Shown piece by piece: positions 61,358-64,000 of a stretch of 64,000 bases of DNA (position 1 is the first letter of the stretch; each line of letters starts with the position of its first letter). The position numbers and the translations under genes were made by a program. The notes beneath the pieces were generated by a model that was given only the letters and a program-made list of their open reading frames with translations, had not been told where the DNA came from and did no database searches. Source of the DNA: Mobula hypostoma (lineage: Eukaryota); contig NC_086098.1 in assembly GCF_963921235.1 (NCBI RefSeq), positions 7,750,001 through 7,814,000 of the forward strand, in the 5' to 3' direction.

Positions 61358-61627
61358 TATGAGTAAGAAGCATAATGCAATCAATGAAAAGCTACACACA
61401 AAAATGGACAAGCAACCAATTGGCAAAAGAAGACACACTATGCAAATACAAAACAAACAAATAACAATAAAACTGAATAAAAAAATAATAAATGAAACTG
61501 AAATCGCAAGTTATAGAGCCCTTGAAAGTGAGTCCATATGCAACATCTGCGTAGCATTTGTCTTATCTCGTGTGACTGGTCACCGCACTCTTAATGAGAA
61601 AATCTACTTACATAGTACTGCACTAGG

Positions 61628-62726
61628 TGCTAGTAAGCCATCAGAATCTTTATGTATTGAAAGGAGTCAGTGAATAGAAAACACACACTTCTGGAGGTAA
61701 GTTTATAAAAGTATCATTATATACAAAATATTTACATGAGTAAGAACAATTCAAAAATCCAACATTCTGTTTGGGTTCCAAATTTCAGATATCAAATGCA
61801 AACTAAATTCCTGTTTAGTCAGACTCAGTGAAATTCATTAGAATAATCTTTATTACTCTAATTTCTCTAACTAATTAGATCTATTTTCCCTATCTAAAGG
61901 TTTACGGACTAAGATTTGTCTTTTTATTCATCCCTAGTTAGTTAGAAAACTAATTGAATTCCTATTCTTAAGTATTATGGTTAACTTCAGTTTCAGTTCC
62001 AGGTCAGTATGTTTACAAATTCAAATTCAACACCAAATATATATATATATATATTTATACACATTATGTATTAACTCCTTTTATGACAAATTCTTCAACA
62101 TCACAACTTTTAAACGAAAGTAAATCTCATTCAATAACTTATCAAAGTCTTTGCAACAATATTCAGTTCTTGCAGAAAATCAAACTCAGATCCTTTGAAT
62201 GAAAAATAAACATACATCCAACCGTATTAAATATGTATTTAAACATTTCATTCCCATGCTGGGTCCTCGAACTTGGGTGGCTTGCCATCTTGTGTCTTGG
62301 TTCATTGGATGAAATAGTGAGTCATCTATGAAAAGTCAATTCAGAAAACTTACAGAAAAAAATTCTGACCAAATCTCTTGATATGATTTAACAGAATTAA
62401 TTACCAGTTTCCCGATAGAGATCTTGGACACTCATCTCTGCCGATACTGTCTCATTATAACTGCTGCTTATTATAGCTGCAGCTTCAGTAGATCTTTTAT
62501 CGCTATCAGCTCTCCTCCACGGGTTTCGCCCTGAGGTTTTCAAGTAAGTAGGGTAGAGATACTCCACTTTTAACAGTTTTTATATCTTTAGTGTCAAATA
62601 GTTTGCTGCATTTCTATCGCTTGTCTGTGCCTGCATCAGCCATGCATCATTCTCGCATAGCATTTTTCTCCCCCAAGTTCTCTCTTTTTTAAAAAAATTG
62701 GTAAACTTCGTTTTCATCCCTCCACA
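61628..62726 (-). mobile_element. Possible solo LTR of about 1.1 kb
   Basis: TG...CA boundaries, minus-strand TATAAAAA near 62580 and a U5-like ATAAAC...GTGTGTGTTTTC near 61690. No clean TSD at these boundaries. Confidence 0.3.
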
Positions 62727-64000
62727 GGTGAAGCTTTCTAAAGTTACACCTTTGGGTTTAAATAACCTGGGTTACACATAGGTTGTGGAATCAGTTTGAG
62801 TTGAGGCGAGTGAATTTATCTATGCTGGTTCAGGATCCTGATGGTTGAAGTGTAAGATCTGTTCCCGAACAGTTACTGAGAGATTTTGGATGGCACTGGC
62901 ATTCACGGATGGCTCACAACAGATGAAACCACAGTACGTGTTATTTCTATTGCATGTCCCACCAACATACTGCAACAAATTTCCTAATACGAGTAAATGT
63001 ACCTAGCAAATGAAGTTGCTCATTGAGTACTCATACTACCAAGCTCTGTGGATTTACTCAATGATTTCTGCATTACCTTGGGTGTGTCCAACCCTTTCAT
63101 TAGGATATCAAACAAAAGCTGATCACAGCATATTTCCACTTATTCAAAGAAACAGAGGTAACTCGGATTAGAATTATTAGTAGCAGCTTGTATTGTATGT
63201 AAGGTTTAAGAAGGTGCTGGTGAAGCACAGCGATAACTTGCTGGTAGCTAAAACAACTATTAATTACTTTATTAATCACCTTTTTCTGGAAAATGATCAC
63301 TGCAATCAACAGTCTGTAACTTCCCTTTCAGAGTTGAGCTTTTGCATCAAAGGTTCAAAGGTCGAATTTAATGTTGGAGAAATGTATACAATATGCATCC
63401 TGAAATGCTTCTTCTGTGTCACCTGTGTGACCTGGCATTTTTGCGATGTTAACTGAAATCTCGAAGGTGCTGGACAGTTGTGAAGAGGTGTTGTATGGTG
63501 CTAAGCCACACGTGAAAAGGCCAGGAGCTGAACTTGATTGTCAGAGACTATCTGAGTCGCATGCCAGTGGGAAAAATTAATAGGTAGTGGGAGCTTGTCT
63601 CCATTACTACTTGCAGCTATAGTAACCTTAAGAAACTAGACGAATCTTAAGGTAGTATATAGAACAAATGTTCAAAGGTTCATTTATTGTTAAAGTTACA
63701 CAGCTCTGAGAGTTGTCTTCTCTAGATAGGCACAAAACAAAGAAGACCATGGAAGACACTCGAAGAAAAACATCAACCCCACCCCCCAACACCGCACACA
63801 AAAAAAAAATCACACAAATAGCAACACGATCATTGAACTCCCCCACACGTTTAAAAAAATTGCGCAAACCCTCCCCCCATGCAGAAAAACAAGTCATGGA
63901 AATGGAAAAGACATCAAACCACAACCCCAACTCAAAAAGAAACAACAAATCATGATAAATGGCAACAGGCAAGAACAGGCAAAACACAGAATATAAAATT

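Overview
This is a vertebrate, repeat-saturated intronic or intergenic window. It is most likely from a cartilaginous fish (ray or shark); that is an inference from the mix of CR1 LINEs, V-domain SINEs, Penelope, Rex1 and RTE elements. I recognised no host-gene exon, rRNA, tRNA gene or CRISPR array, and almost every long ORF belongs to a transposable element. The main contents are: (1) a near full-length RTE LINE whose 5' ~1 kb is inverted in twin-priming geometry and which is split by a young CR1; (2) seven copies of one young CR1 family in two 3'-end subfamilies, plus a three-level nested CR1 stack at 19.6-28.9 kb; (3) GIY-YIG Penelope-like elements carrying a minimal type I hammerhead ribozyme with a palindromic stem III, plus about ten short derivatives; (4) a decayed full-length Gypsy provirus; (5) two solo LTRs with exact target-site duplications (TSDs), and one weaker candidate; (6) a HERO/R2-group restriction-like endonuclease relic hidden under two CR1 insertions; (7) L1/Tx1 and Rex1 fragments, Tc1- and hAT-derived MITEs and a long (GT)n tract; (8) several unique AT-rich islands that may be conserved non-coding elements. 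I cannot support a wholly new biological system. The best leads are the hammerhead-bearing mini-elements, the inverted RTE, and a triple-TSD composite insertion at 43.3-43.8 kb. Family names come from motif recognition, not from database searches.
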